Positions 18,090 through 27,790 of a DNA stretch of 64,000 bases are shown here, piece after piece. The stretch's first letter is position 1; every line of letters begins with the position of its first letter. The stretch is taken from assembly GCA_963675785.1 (NCBI GenBank), contig OY776562.1:1728001-1792000 (forward strand), in the 5' to 3' direction. The notes beneath the pieces were generated by a model that did no database searches, was not told the origin of the DNA, and worked only from the letters and a program-made list of their open reading frames with translations. A program made the translations under genes and the position numbers. This stretch comes from Anaerolineae bacterium. GTDB lineage: Bacteria; Chloroflexota; Anaerolineae; UBA1429.

Positions 18090-19073
18090 ATGCTCAAATT
18101 CGCACTACGGCGACTTTTAATCATGATCCCCACAGTAATCGCCATCGCCATCGTTAGTTTCATTCTCATCCAGCTTCCGCCTGGCGATTTTTTGACTGCC
18201 TACGTTGCTGGCTTGCAGGCTCAAGGCGAATATCCCGAAGAGGATGAGATTGCCGCCCTTGAAGTACGCTACGGCCTGGACCAGCCGGGGTATGTCCAGT
18301 TCTTTCGCTGGGTTGAAGGCATGTTCCATGGCGATTTTGGCATGTCTTTTCGGTGGAATAAACCCGTGGGTGAACTCATCGGTGACCGCATCGCTATCAC
18401 CGCGCTTATCGCTTTTTCGTCGATGATCATCACCTACCTGATTGCTTTGCCTGTAGGTGTATATTCCGCAACACATCAATACTCTTGGCTTGACTACATC
18501 ATGACCTTCATCAGCTTTGTTGGACGCGGCATCCCCGCGTTCATGCTGGCGCTCATCCTGATGTGGTTTACGCTGTCGCAATTCGGCGTCAGTGCAGGCG
18601 GGCTATTCAGTTTAGAATACCGTCAAGCCGATTGGAGCTGGGCCAAAGTCGTTGATATGATGCAACATATTTGGGTTCCCCTACTTGTCCTCAGTGTCGG
18701 GTCGACTGCCGGAATGATTCGCATCATGCGCGCTAACCTACTGGATGAACTGCGCAAACCGTATGTTGAGACAGCACGCGCCAAGGGTGTCAAAGAGAAC
18801 AAACTAATCTGGAAATATCCGGTGCGCATGGCCCTCAATCCTTTTGTGAGCAGCGTCGGTTATCAGCTCCCGCAAATCATCTCGGGGGCAACCATCGTCT
18901 CGGTTGTGCTGAGTCTACCAACCACCGGTCCCCTGCTGCTGGATTCGCTACTCAGCCAGGATATGTATTTGGCCGGAAGCATGTTGCTTTTGCTCGGCAT
19001 TCTCACCGTGATCGGCACCTTTATCTCGGATATTCTGCTTGCCATCGTCGATCCGCGTATTCGCCTGTCCTAG
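18090..19073 (+). CDS. ABC transporter permease (DppB/OppB-like)
   Basis: 'SFILIQLPPGD', 'YGLDQP', EAA-loop 'YVETARAKGV', 'LLSQDMYLAG', 'DPRIR'. Confidence 0.92.
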   Translation: MLKFALRRLLIMIPTVIAIAIVSFILIQLPPGDFLTAYVAGLQAQGEYPEEDEIAALEVRYGLDQPGYVQFFRWVEGMFHGDFGMSFRWNKPVGELIGDRIAITALIAFSSMIITYLIALPVGVYSATHQYSWLDYIMTFISFVGRGIPAFMLALILMWFTLSQFGVSAGGLFSLEYRQADWSWAKVVDMMQHIWVPLLVLSVGSTAGMIRIMRANLLDELRKPYVETARAKGVKENKLIWKYPVRMALNPFVSSVGYQLPQIISGATIVSVVLSLPTTGPLLLDSLLSQDMYLAGSMLLLLGILTVIGTFISDILLAIVDPRIRLS

Positions 19074-19087
19074 AAGGGAGACTGGCT

Positions 19088-20221
19088 GTGGCTGAAGAAA
19101 ACCAACCGGCTGGTCACCCGACCACCGCAACCGAAGAAGATGCTATTTTTGTAGCATCTCAATGGCAATTGATTCGCTGGCGCTTTAAAAAGCACAAAGC
19201 TGCCGTCATCAGCAGCATCATTATTCTCCTTTTGGCTCTATTGGGTATCTTTTGTGAATTTCTCTCGCCTGCTGATCCGCTCGAGTACAGCACGGTCTAC
19301 ATGTTTGCACCACCGCAAAGCATTCATATTTTTCGCGATGGCCAGCTTGTAACGCCGTACGTCCTCGGCTGGCAGAGCTACAGAGATCCAGATACGCTGC
19401 TACTGACATACAAAGTTGATCCTGAACAGATCTATGACATCAAGTTCTTTGTGCAGGGAAGCACCTACAAGATGTGGGGACTGTGGGAATCGAATACCCA
19501 TTTTATGGGTGTGGAAGATGCAGACGCACCTTTCCATCTGCTCGGTGCAGACCGCAAAGGACGCGATGTTCTCTCACGCTGCTTGTATGGCACTCGCATC
19601 AGCATGTCAGTCGGTTTGGTTGGCGTATTCATGAGTCTTATCTTGGGCATCCTCATTGGCGGTATATCGGGCTACTATGGCGGCGTGGCAGACATGATCA
19701 TTCAGCGCCTTATCGAGTTCCTGCGCTCCATGCCCCCCATCCCCCTGTGGATGGCCCTGTCAGCAGCTCTACCTGCTGATTGGCCAGTCATCAAGGTGTA
19801 TTTTGGTATCACCATTCTGCTCTCGCTCATCAGCTGGACTGATCTGGCCCGCGTAGTTCGCGGCCGATTCTTGGCGCTTAAAAGTGAAGACTTTGTCATG
19901 GCCGCCAAGCTATCAGGGGCTGGAGATATGCGCATCATCGTACGGCATATGGTCCCTTCATTCACCAGCCATATCATTGCATCACTGACCCTATCCATCC
20001 CGAATATGATCCTCAGTGAAACAAGCCTTTCATTCCTGGGACTTGGCCTAAGGGCGCCTGCCGTAAGCTGGGGCGTGTTGCTCCAAGAAGCCCAGAATAC
20101 CCAGACTGTGGTGCTGGCACCATGGCTTTTCTACCCGGCCGTGTTTGTAATTGTGGCCGTGCTTGCTTTCAACTTTATGGGCGACGGGCTAAGAGATGCC
20201 GCCGATCCTTATTCGCGATAA
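19088..20221 (+). CDS. ABC transporter permease (DppC/OppC-like)
   Basis: 'LLGADRKGRDVLSR..YG.RIS', 'FVMAAKLSGA', 'E.SLSFLGLG', 'FNFMGDGLRDAADP'. Confidence 0.92.
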   Translation: MAEENQPAGHPTTATEEDAIFVASQWQLIRWRFKKHKAAVISSIIILLLALLGIFCEFLSPADPLEYSTVYMFAPPQSIHIFRDGQLVTPYVLGWQSYRDPDTLLLTYKVDPEQIYDIKFFVQGSTYKMWGLWESNTHFMGVEDADAPFHLLGADRKGRDVLSRCLYGTRISMSVGLVGVFMSLILGILIGGISGYYGGVADMIIQRLIEFLRSMPPIPLWMALSAALPADWPVIKVYFGITILLSLISWTDLARVVRGRFLALKSEDFVMAAKLSGAGDMRIIVRHMVPSFTSHIIASLTLSIPNMILSETSLSFLGLGLRAPAVSWGVLLQEAQNTQTVVLAPWLFYPAVFVIVAVLAFNFMGDGLRDAADPYSR

Positions 20222-20239
20222 CGTACCGGAGGAGAGATA

Positions 20240-22216
20240 ATGCGCGTATTGGCACATGAGGATTTTTCGGACATTCCTGTTGGAAACATTAGCCTCTATC
20301 CCTACAGCCCCGATGGTGAATACCACATCATCCCCAAACCCTTTGCCGGTAACTGGGAAGAAGCCACCATCCAGGGCAGTTGGCGACCCGGCAACGGCTG
20401 CTGGTTGATCACTCCTGAAGATGGTCGCCACACCCTTGAGCAGAGTTTTTACTGCGAGCGCGAAACCCCCTTGATGGTTTCAGGCTCTCGTTTTTGGGAT
20501 AACTATACGCTTTCAGCAGATGTGCGCCCTCTGGGCTGGCACCGCCCCATAGGGTTGGTGTTCCGCTATCAAAACAGCCGCTGCTACTATCTCTTTGCCC
20601 TCTACAGGGATCATGTATCCCTCATCAAGCGAGAACACCCCGAAACACGGCCCACCTGGGGAGGCCCCGCTGCACTCAAAGAGACCATCCTCGCCAGCGC
20701 ACCTTGGACAGGTACCGTCGACAGATACGTTCGCGTCGAGGTGAATTGCTTTGGCAACAAAGTCAGCGGCTCGATTGACGGCCAGCTCCTAGTTTCGATC
20801 GAGGATGACGCCTTTAGTAAAGGCCGCATCGGCTGTCTGGCCGAAAGCCAAGCCCGCTTTGCTGAGATCAAGGTGACTACCGACGAGACCAGCTATACAC
20901 GCATTGCCGCGGCTGAGGCTGCCTGGGAAGCTGACGAAAAGGCCGCTCAGGCCAAATGGCCGCAGCCCATCGCCTGGAAACGTCTCTCCACCGCGGGCTT
21001 TGGCACCGACCGCAACCTGCGCTGGGGCGATCTCGATGGCGACGGCGAACTAGAAGTCATAGTGCCGCAGGCTTTGGCCCACGACCGTGGTGATGGCCAT
21101 CCCATGATTGTTTGCGTAACGGCACTCAAACAGGATGGTACCATCCTCTGGCGTGTTGGTGAGCCTATCGACCCTTCCGTAGGCGATCCTCACCACATGA
21201 CCGGCGATATCTGCATTCAGGTGCACGATTGGACCGGCGACGGCCGTGCCGAAGTCGTCTATTGCCGCGATTTCAAACTGCAAGTGTTGGACGGACGCAC
21301 TGGGCAGGTGATTCAGCAGGTGCTCACACCTGAATACACCGACTATGAAGACCCTTACACGCGCTGCTTTGGCGATTCCATCTTTTTCTGTGACCTGCAG
21401 GGTGCTGGCCGCAAAGCCAATCTGCTGCTCAAAGACCGCTATGATACCGTTTGGGCTTATGATAACGACTTGAACGTATTGTGGATGCACCACCTCAAAA
21501 CCGGCCACTACCCCATGTCCTGTGATGTAGACGGTGATGGCAAAGATGAGGTGTTCATCGGCTATTCGTTAGTGGATAACGACGGCACTATTCTCTGGAG
21601 CTTGGACAACACAATTTCGGATCACATGGACGGCGTCTTTATCGGACGGCTGGCCGGCCCCGATAGTCCTGTTCGCATCATCATGGGCTGCTCTGATGAA
21701 GGCTATGTGATGCTCGATGCCCAGGGAAACATTCTCAAGCGTCATTTCCACGGGCACTGCCAAGGCGCAACCATCGGCCGCTTCCAAGAGGGCTCTGACG
21801 AGCTGCAGATTGCAGCAGTCACATTTTGGCACGAGCCGGGCATCATTACCTTCTATGACATCAACGGCAACACCATCAACCAGTTCGAGCCATTGCACAT
21901 CGGCTCTATCATGCCTCCGCTGGATTGGGGCGGCACCGGCACGGCGCTGGTACTGCACAACACCGATCCAGAGATCGGCGGCATGTTTGATATCAACGGA
22001 CACTGGGCCGTGCGCTTTCCTGATGATGGGCATCCGACGCTCTGTTATGATGCCCTGGATGTCGATGGCGATGGTCGCCAGGAGATCGTAAGCTGGGATT
22101 TCAACAGCATTTGGATTTACAAGGCTGATCCCACAGCCGTTGTGGGCGAACCCAAGGCTTATGACACAACGTCGCTGTATAACAACTCTAACTATCGCGG
22201 ACGCTGGTTAATCTAG
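20240..22216 (+). CDS. FG-GAP/beta-propeller protein (rhamnogalacturonan lyase PL11-like) with N-terminal DUF1080-like beta-sandwich
   Basis: Repeated DxDGDGxxE motifs (GDLDGDGELE, DWTGDGRAE, DVDGDGKDE, DVDGDGRQE), 'TGHYP', 'HMD'; N-terminal 'W.NYTLSADV..GLVFRYQ...Y', 'KGRIG'; no signal peptide. Confidence 0.6.
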   Translation: MRVLAHEDFSDIPVGNISLYPYSPDGEYHIIPKPFAGNWEEATIQGSWRPGNGCWLITPEDGRHTLEQSFYCERETPLMVSGSRFWDNYTLSADVRPLGWHRPIGLVFRYQNSRCYYLFALYRDHVSLIKREHPETRPTWGGPAALKETILASAPWTGTVDRYVRVEVNCFGNKVSGSIDGQLLVSIEDDAFSKGRIGCLAESQARFAEIKVTTDETSYTRIAAAEAAWEADEKAAQAKWPQPIAWKRLSTAGFGTDRNLRWGDLDGDGELEVIVPQALAHDRGDGHPMIVCVTALKQDGTILWRVGEPIDPSVGDPHHMTGDICIQVHDWTGDGRAEVVYCRDFKLQVLDGRTGQVIQQVLTPEYTDYEDPYTRCFGDSIFFCDLQGAGRKANLLLKDRYDTVWAYDNDLNVLWMHHLKTGHYPMSCDVDGDGKDEVFIGYSLVDNDGTILWSLDNTISDHMDGVFIGRLAGPDSPVRIIMGCSDEGYVMLDAQGNILKRHFHGHCQGATIGRFQEGSDELQIAAVTFWHEPGIITFYDINGNTINQFEPLHIGSIMPPLDWGGTGTALVLHNTDPEIGGMFDINGHWAVRFPDDGHPTLCYDALDVDGDGRQEIVSWDFNSIWIYKADPTAVVGEPKAYDTTSLYNNSNYRGRWLI

Positions 22217-22239
22217 CGGGAGACGCATCCTCCAACGCA

Positions 22240-22277
22240 ACAAGAGCTGCCCCCAATTGGGCAGCTCTTGTCGTTTC
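22240..22277 (+). terminator. Intrinsic terminator
   Basis: ACAAGAGCTGCCC-ccaatt-GGGCAGCTCTTGT followed by CGTTTC. Confidence 0.75.
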
Positions 22278-22378
22278 CTCGTACTGAAAGCGGTTGCACC
22301 TCCCCATAAAGACGCCTAGAATGCCTTTCACGTTGCTGCGCCCGCAGGGAGGGGCGCACAGACTGTGGAGGATATTGT

Positions 22379-23725
22379 TTGACCGGCAGCCTGTATGCCA
22401 GGGGGCAACATGCCTGGCGGCGAGTTTCTCGCCTTTGGTTCTACCCGACCGATGGCACCTCCCCGGATCAGCGCAAGGGTATGCGCATGATCTGGTGGGA
22501 TGGGATTCTGGCGTCCACCTCGGACTCTGTGCGTAACGAGTTCATCGTCATGTTTTTGCTGGCACTTGGCGCCTCTGAAACACTCATTGGCCTGCGATCT
22601 TCTATCAACAGCGTGGCGGCTTTGATTGCCCCCCTGCTGGGTGCCTGGTTGGTAACCCGCACGGGTAAACGTAAACTTTGGGTACTGCTGAGCGGTGGTG
22701 GCCTGGCCAGGTTATGCATCCTTACCATGGCCTTCATTCCCCTTTTTGCCAGTGGGGATAATGCAGTCTATTTATTCCTCGGATTATTTGCAGTGCAGGC
22801 CTTTGCCGGCGCTTTGGCCTTGCCCCCCTGGAACTCTCTCCTGGGTGATGTTTGCCCCCTACCGGTGCGCGGTCGCTACCTCGGCTCGAAGATGATGTTT
22901 AACAACATTGCTATAGTGGCAGCTTTGCCTCTGGCTGGTTTGCTGCTCGGAGCAATCGACGGCGTCAAAGGATTTCAAACTCTCTGGTTCATCTCTGCGC
23001 TTCTGGGCTTTGCAGCCACAGCCATGTACGCCCAGGTACCCGAGCCTGAAGCAGCCGAGGCATCCAAGGGCAAACAAGCCGGCCTCAAAACCGCCTGGCG
23101 TGTCTTTTTGCGCGACAGGAACTATATGTGGTTCTGCGCCGTCCATTTCGCCTGGAATCTGGGCATTCAGCTATCAGCGCCCTACTTTGCAGTGCACATG
23201 GTGCAAACGCTCCACTTTACCGCCAAAGATGTGGCCTTGCTCTCCACCGTAGCCACTGTGGTCAATATCTTTGCGCTACGCATAGCCGGAGAACTGGTAG
23301 ATCGCAAAGGGGCTCCCATCATCAACGCCATCAGCATGTTACTGGTGCCACTCATGCCCCTGCTGTGGATTCCCGCCCAGAGTGTAGTTGCCCTCATGCT
23401 CGTCCGTTGCTACGGGTCCATCGCCTGGTCAGGTTCGCGTGTGGCAGATACGCCCCTTTTGCTCATGCTCGCCCCCGACGAGTACCGTTCTGAATATGTG
23501 GCCATCCGTAACACCATCAACCGTGTATCCATGATCGTTGGCCCCATTTTTGCTGCCTGGGTGTATGTGCAATACGGCTTTACCACCAACTTGTGGGCCT
23601 CGGCAGTGCTGCGCATGGCTGGCGGCCTGATATTCCTGAGCATGCTGTTGCGCGGCGTGTTCAAGGACAAAGACACGCTCAGCGCTGGGAGGCATTCTGC
23701 CCGCGCCAGACGAGCGCATTTCTAG
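22379..23725 (+). CDS. MFS transporter, paralog 1
   Basis: About 12 hydrophobic segments; 'WNSLLGDVCP..VRGRY', 'GELVDRKG'. Confidence 0.85.
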   Translation: MTGSLYARGQHAWRRVSRLWFYPTDGTSPDQRKGMRMIWWDGILASTSDSVRNEFIVMFLLALGASETLIGLRSSINSVAALIAPLLGAWLVTRTGKRKLWVLLSGGGLARLCILTMAFIPLFASGDNAVYLFLGLFAVQAFAGALALPPWNSLLGDVCPLPVRGRYLGSKMMFNNIAIVAALPLAGLLLGAIDGVKGFQTLWFISALLGFAATAMYAQVPEPEAAEASKGKQAGLKTAWRVFLRDRNYMWFCAVHFAWNLGIQLSAPYFAVHMVQTLHFTAKDVALLSTVATVVNIFALRIAGELVDRKGAPIINAISMLLVPLMPLLWIPAQSVVALMLVRCYGSIAWSGSRVADTPLLLMLAPDEYRSEYVAIRNTINRVSMIVGPIFAAWVYVQYGFTTNLWASAVLRMAGGLIFLSMLLRGVFKDKDTLSAGRHSARARRAHF

Positions 23726-23838
23726 TTTTCCCCAAGGCGCCTTTTAGATATGTAGCAAGTACAGTTGCAGTCAGCATCCACTCTTCTTAGAATGGTCTGA
23801 CTGTATCGTTTTCTCAAGCACTGAACAGAGGTGATTTC

Positions 23839-25188
23839 TTGAGCAGCGTATCACGCAGCTTGAAGCGCGCCTGGGTGCAGTTGACGCGCCTCTGGCTATA
23901 CCCAACGACAGGCACTAATGAAAGCCAACGCAAGGCCCTGAACCTGGTCTGGTGGGACGGTGTACTCTCCACGGCCTCGGTTGCTTTTATCAACGATTTT
24001 GTGCCCATCTACATGATGGCTCTGGGAGCCTCTAGCACACTGATTGGCCTGCGCTCCTCGGTAAACAGTGCGGTCGCCCTCATTGCCCCCATGCTCGGTG
24101 CACTTTTTGTGGCACGCACGGGCAAGCGCAAACTCTGGGTATTATTGGGGGGAGGCGGACTCGGACGCATCGCCCTCATCCTCATGGCACTCATTCCTTT
24201 TGTGGCAAACGGCGAAACAGCAGTCTATCTCTTTCTAGGACTGTTTGCCCTCAAGGCTTTTGCCGATGCCTTTACCGGCCCCCCCTGGAACTCGTTACTT
24301 GGCGATATTTGCCCAATGCCCATCCGAGGGCGTTTTCTCGGCTCGCGTATGGTGGCCAACAACATCGCCACCGTCATGGTCATCCCTCTCGCCGGTTGGC
24401 TCATTGGTAAAATCGGCGGCCTGGAAGGATACCAGACCGTCTGGCTAATCGCTGCCCTTGTGGGCTTTGGTGCCACTATAACCTATGCCGGAGTTCCCGA
24501 ACCCAAGGCTGCCGAAGCAGGGCAACATCGCAAGGGCAGTAACCTCAAGGCCGCCTGGCGAATTGTCTCGCACGACAAGAACTATCTCTGGTTCTGTGCA
24601 ACCCATTTCATCTGGAATATTGGCATCCAGATCGGCGCACCCTATTTTACAGTACACATGGTTCAAGATTTGGGGTTCAGCGTCGAAAACATCGCCATGC
24701 TCTCCACCATCGCTACAGTGGTCAATATTCTCGCGTTGCGCGTAGCTGGTGAACTGGTAGACAAAAAGGGCGCACCGTTGGTGGCTGCTGTCAGCATGCT
24801 GGTGGTGCCGCTCCTGCCCTTCCTTTGGATTTTTCCAAAGGGGCTGCTGGGGGTTGGTCTGGTGCAAGCCTATGGGGCCCTGGCCTGGTCGGGGTTCCGC
24901 GTGGCCGATGCCCCCATCATCCTCATGTTGGCGCCTGATGCTTACCGTTCTGACTATGTGGCTATTCGCACCACGACCGACCAATTGGGCACGATTATCG
25001 GACCCATTATCGCCGCATTGCTCTACTCGCAATACGGTTTTACAGCAAACATGATTGGCTCTGGCACCTTGCGTGCGGCCGGGGCGCTAATGTTCCTTTC
25101 TCTATTGCTGCGCGGTGTATTCAAAGACAAAGACGATAGCGGCGCCAGGCTCGGCCGCCGCGCTGCCCGCCTGCGGCGTGCACACTAG
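23839..25188 (+). CDS. MFS transporter, paralog 2
   Basis: Colinear paralog of 22379-23725 with the same motifs and the same 'LLRGVFKDKD' tail. Confidence 0.85.
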   Translation: MSSVSRSLKRAWVQLTRLWLYPTTGTNESQRKALNLVWWDGVLSTASVAFINDFVPIYMMALGASSTLIGLRSSVNSAVALIAPMLGALFVARTGKRKLWVLLGGGGLGRIALILMALIPFVANGETAVYLFLGLFALKAFADAFTGPPWNSLLGDICPMPIRGRFLGSRMVANNIATVMVIPLAGWLIGKIGGLEGYQTVWLIAALVGFGATITYAGVPEPKAAEAGQHRKGSNLKAAWRIVSHDKNYLWFCATHFIWNIGIQIGAPYFTVHMVQDLGFSVENIAMLSTIATVVNILALRVAGELVDKKGAPLVAAVSMLVVPLLPFLWIFPKGLLGVGLVQAYGALAWSGFRVADAPIILMLAPDAYRSDYVAIRTTTDQLGTIIGPIIAALLYSQYGFTANMIGSGTLRAAGALMFLSLLLRGVFKDKDDSGARLGRRAARLRRAH

Positions 25189-25239
25189 TGGTTTCTTGGC
25201 CATCCTCCGTGGAGGCCGTTGCATAAAATGGAGGCTACC

Positions 25240-26211
25240 GTGACGTTTTTTGACATGCCCCTGGAAGAGCTCCAAAAGTATTATCCCGAACGAGACGAAC
25301 CAGCCGACTTTGATGCTTTTTGGCAAGAGACCCTTGCCGAGGCTCAAAGCGTGCCCCTCAACGCTCGCTTTGAGCCAGTCGATTACGGCCTCAAAACAGT
25401 CGAGGCCTACGACGTAACCTATAACGGTTATGCCGGGCAGCCCGTCAAAGGCTGGTTCCTCATACCGGCTCAGCGCGAAGGCAAACTTCCCTGCGTGGTG
25501 CACTATATCGGCTATTCCGGCGGACGGGGCTTTCCTACCGACTGGCTGGTGTGGCCCAGCATGGGCTATGCACTACTGGTAATGGACACTCGCGGCCAGG
25601 GCAGCCGTAATTCACCCGCCGCCACCCCCGATGTGCCCATTCACGGTACCAGCCCCCATGTGGCTGGCTTTATGACCCAGGGCATCCTCCATCCGCAAAC
25701 ATATTACTATCGCCGCGTATTCACCGACGCTGTTCGCGCTGTAGAAGCAGCACGTAGCCATCCCGCGGTGGATGCTGAACGCATCGTTGCTGCTGGCGGC
25801 AGTCAGGGCGGAGGCATCACGCTGGCCGTAGCAGGCCTGGTGCCCGATCTGGCCGCGGCTATGCCCGATGTGCCCTTCCTTTGCCACTATCCGCGAGCCA
25901 TTCATATCTCGGATGCGGCTCCTTACAGCGAAATCACCAGCTATTGCCAGTGTTACCGCGACTATGCCGAGCAAGCCATGGCCACACTGCGCTATTTTGA
26001 TGGCGTCAACCTGGCCACACGTGCCAAGGCCAAGGCACTGTTCTCGACGGGCTTGATGGACAACACCTGCCCACCTTCCACCGTCTATGCTGCCTACAAC
26101 TATTATGGCGGTGAAAAGGATATTCGCGTCTGGAAGTACAACCGCCACGAAGGCGGCGGCCCTTTCCAATTGCGTGAACAGGTAGCATTCCTCAAGGAAC
26201 TTTGGGGCTAA
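25240..26211 (+). CDS. Acetyl xylan esterase / cephalosporin-C deacetylase (CE7)
   Basis: GTG at 25240 after GGAGG; CE7 motifs RGQ, GGSQGGG, '[12 protein letters not shown]', 'HEGG'. Confidence 0.92.
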   Translation: MTFFDMPLEELQKYYPERDEPADFDAFWQETLAEAQSVPLNARFEPVDYGLKTVEAYDVTYNGYAGQPVKGWFLIPAQREGKLPCVVHYIGYSGGRGFPTDWLVWPSMGYALLVMDTRGQGSRNSPAATPDVPIHGTSPHVAGFMTQGILHPQTYYYRRVFTDAVRAVEAARSHPAVDAERIVAAGGSQGGGITLAVAGLVPDLAAAMPDVPFLCHYPRAIHISDAAPYSEITSYCQCYRDYAEQAMATLRYFDGVNLATRAKAKALFSTGLMDNTCPPSTVYAAYNYYGGEKDIRVWKYNRHEGGGPFQLREQVAFLKELWG

Positions 26212-26224
26212 CAGCACGTCCAAC

Positions 26225-26261
26225 AAAAAGAGAGCGGGGCCAAATTGGCTCCGCTCTCTTT
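26225..26261. terminator. Bidirectional intrinsic terminator
   Basis: AAAGAGAGCGGGGCCA-aat-TGGCTCCGCTCTCTTT between convergent genes. Confidence 0.8.
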
Positions 26262-26275
26262 CGTTATGCCAGATA

Positions 26276-27613
26276 CTACATATCGGCGTCGGCCACCATC
26301 TCCAGGGCCTCGCCAAGATCGGCTGCCTTGGGTGGTTCGGTGTGGCGCACCGCCAGGGTAAAGCCGAGGGCGATAAATATGGCGATAGAGGCAAAGAGGA
26401 ACATAACCACCAGGTTATCGGACAGGTCAAACAGCCAGCCAACAAACACCGGCGATGTAGAAGCGGCCAGCATGGAGAAAAAGTAATACAACCCGGTATA
26501 GGCGCCTAGCTTTTCAGGTGGCGCCAGATCGGCTACCACCGGCAGCGAGTTGATGTTCACACACGCCCAGGCCAACCCGGATAGCACCAGCATGACGGTG
26601 ATAAAAGTGGGATTTGAGATAAACCACACCGCCAACCACAAGGTGCCCATCACTGCCAAGCCCGTGACAATGGTGCGCTTGCGGCCAATGCGCGTGCCAA
26701 TCAGGCCAGCAGGCACCGCAAAGACCAAAAAGGACATGGCCATATAGGTAAGCATGGTGCTGCCCTTACCCACTGCCTCATCAGCCGTCATCAGGCCGGC
26801 GGCCACCTGGGGAGCATAGAGCACTTCGCTGGTATAAGAAGTCCAAAAGGTCTCCAGGGCATTATACCCGGTAAACCAGAAAAAGATGGCCAGGCAGATA
26901 AAGAGAGCGCTCTTGTCCTCCGCGGTGAACAAGCCACCCACGTTTCGTAGCGTCTCCATAAAGCTCTTGCCAAAGCCAGGACGTTCAGCCTTGGCCGAGG
27001 CCTCAGTGGTACGGAACTCTTCTGGTTCTTTAACAAAAAAGATGACAATCGCTTCGGCGATGAGCATGACGATCGCGGCCAAGAGGAACGGGTAAACGGT
27101 GTTATAGCCAAAAAGCGTGCCGCCCACCAAAAAGGCGATCACCGTGCCCAGGCCGCCCATGAGATTGATAATGCCGTTGGCCTTGCTGCGCAGCTCTGGT
27201 GGCGTGATATCCGGCATCAATGTCACCGTCGGTGTGCGGAATATAGCCATAGACACATTCATCACAATGATTACTGAGGTCATCAGCCACAACCCCATCG
27301 AATTGAGGGGCATGGCATTATGTACAATCGGAATGAGGATCATAAAAATGGCCGCAACGGGGGCCCCGATCATGATAAAGGGGATGCGCCGACCCCAGCG
27401 CGTACGTACACCATCGCTGAGCTGGCCGATAAAGGGTAGCAATGTGATTCCCAGGATGTTGTCAAAGACCATGACAAAACCCACCAACCACCAGGGCAGG
27501 GAATAATCCCGCAACATGGGCGGCACAAACGAGTTGTACACCGACCACATGATGCTGATGCCGAAAAATCCAAACCCCAGCACTGCCGTACGCTTCCAGT
27601 CGAGCTTTTTCAC
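26276..27613 (-). CDS. MFS sugar transporter (MalT/SLC45-like, GPH family)
   Basis: GTG at 27613 after GGAGG; 'LGFGFFGIS..W..YN', 'GQLSDG.RTRWGRRIPF', 'RSKANG.INLMGG.G', 'GAYTGLYYFFS'. Confidence 0.88.
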   Translation of the reverse strand: MKKLDWKRTAVLGFGFFGISIMWSVYNSFVPPMLRDYSLPWWLVGFVMVFDNILGITLLPFIGQLSDGVRTRWGRRIPFIMIGAPVAAIFMILIPIVHNAMPLNSMGLWLMTSVIIVMNVSMAIFRTPTVTLMPDITPPELRSKANGIINLMGGLGTVIAFLVGGTLFGYNTVYPFLLAAIVMLIAEAIVIFFVKEPEEFRTTEASAKAERPGFGKSFMETLRNVGGLFTAEDKSALFICLAIFFWFTGYNALETFWTSYTSEVLYAPQVAAGLMTADEAVGKGSTMLTYMAMSFLVFAVPAGLIGTRIGRKRTIVTGLAVMGTLWLAVWFISNPTFITVMLVLSGLAWACVNINSLPVVADLAPPEKLGAYTGLYYFFSMLAASTSPVFVGWLFDLSDNLVVMFLFASIAIFIALGFTLAVRHTEPPKAADLGEALEMVADADM

Positions 27614-27702
27614 AACGGACCTCCTTGTCGCGCAGCATCCATCCGGCGCATCATAACACGTCGCAAAATGGTCGGCAATGGTGAAAATAGGCTTTCGAGC
27701 GC

Positions 27703-27730
27703 TTGACCCCATTGCACGAACGGCTAGACT
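27703..27730 (+). promoter_or_regulatory. Putative sigma70 promoter of the iolB-like/kduD/PL22 operon
   Basis: TTGACC-16 nt-TAGACT, ending 60 nt upstream of the GTG start. Confidence 0.5.
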
Positions 27731-27790
27731 AGAGACAAATGGAGCGGTGTCGTCAAGACGCCGCAGCATAAAGCCATTCAGGAGGCTATT

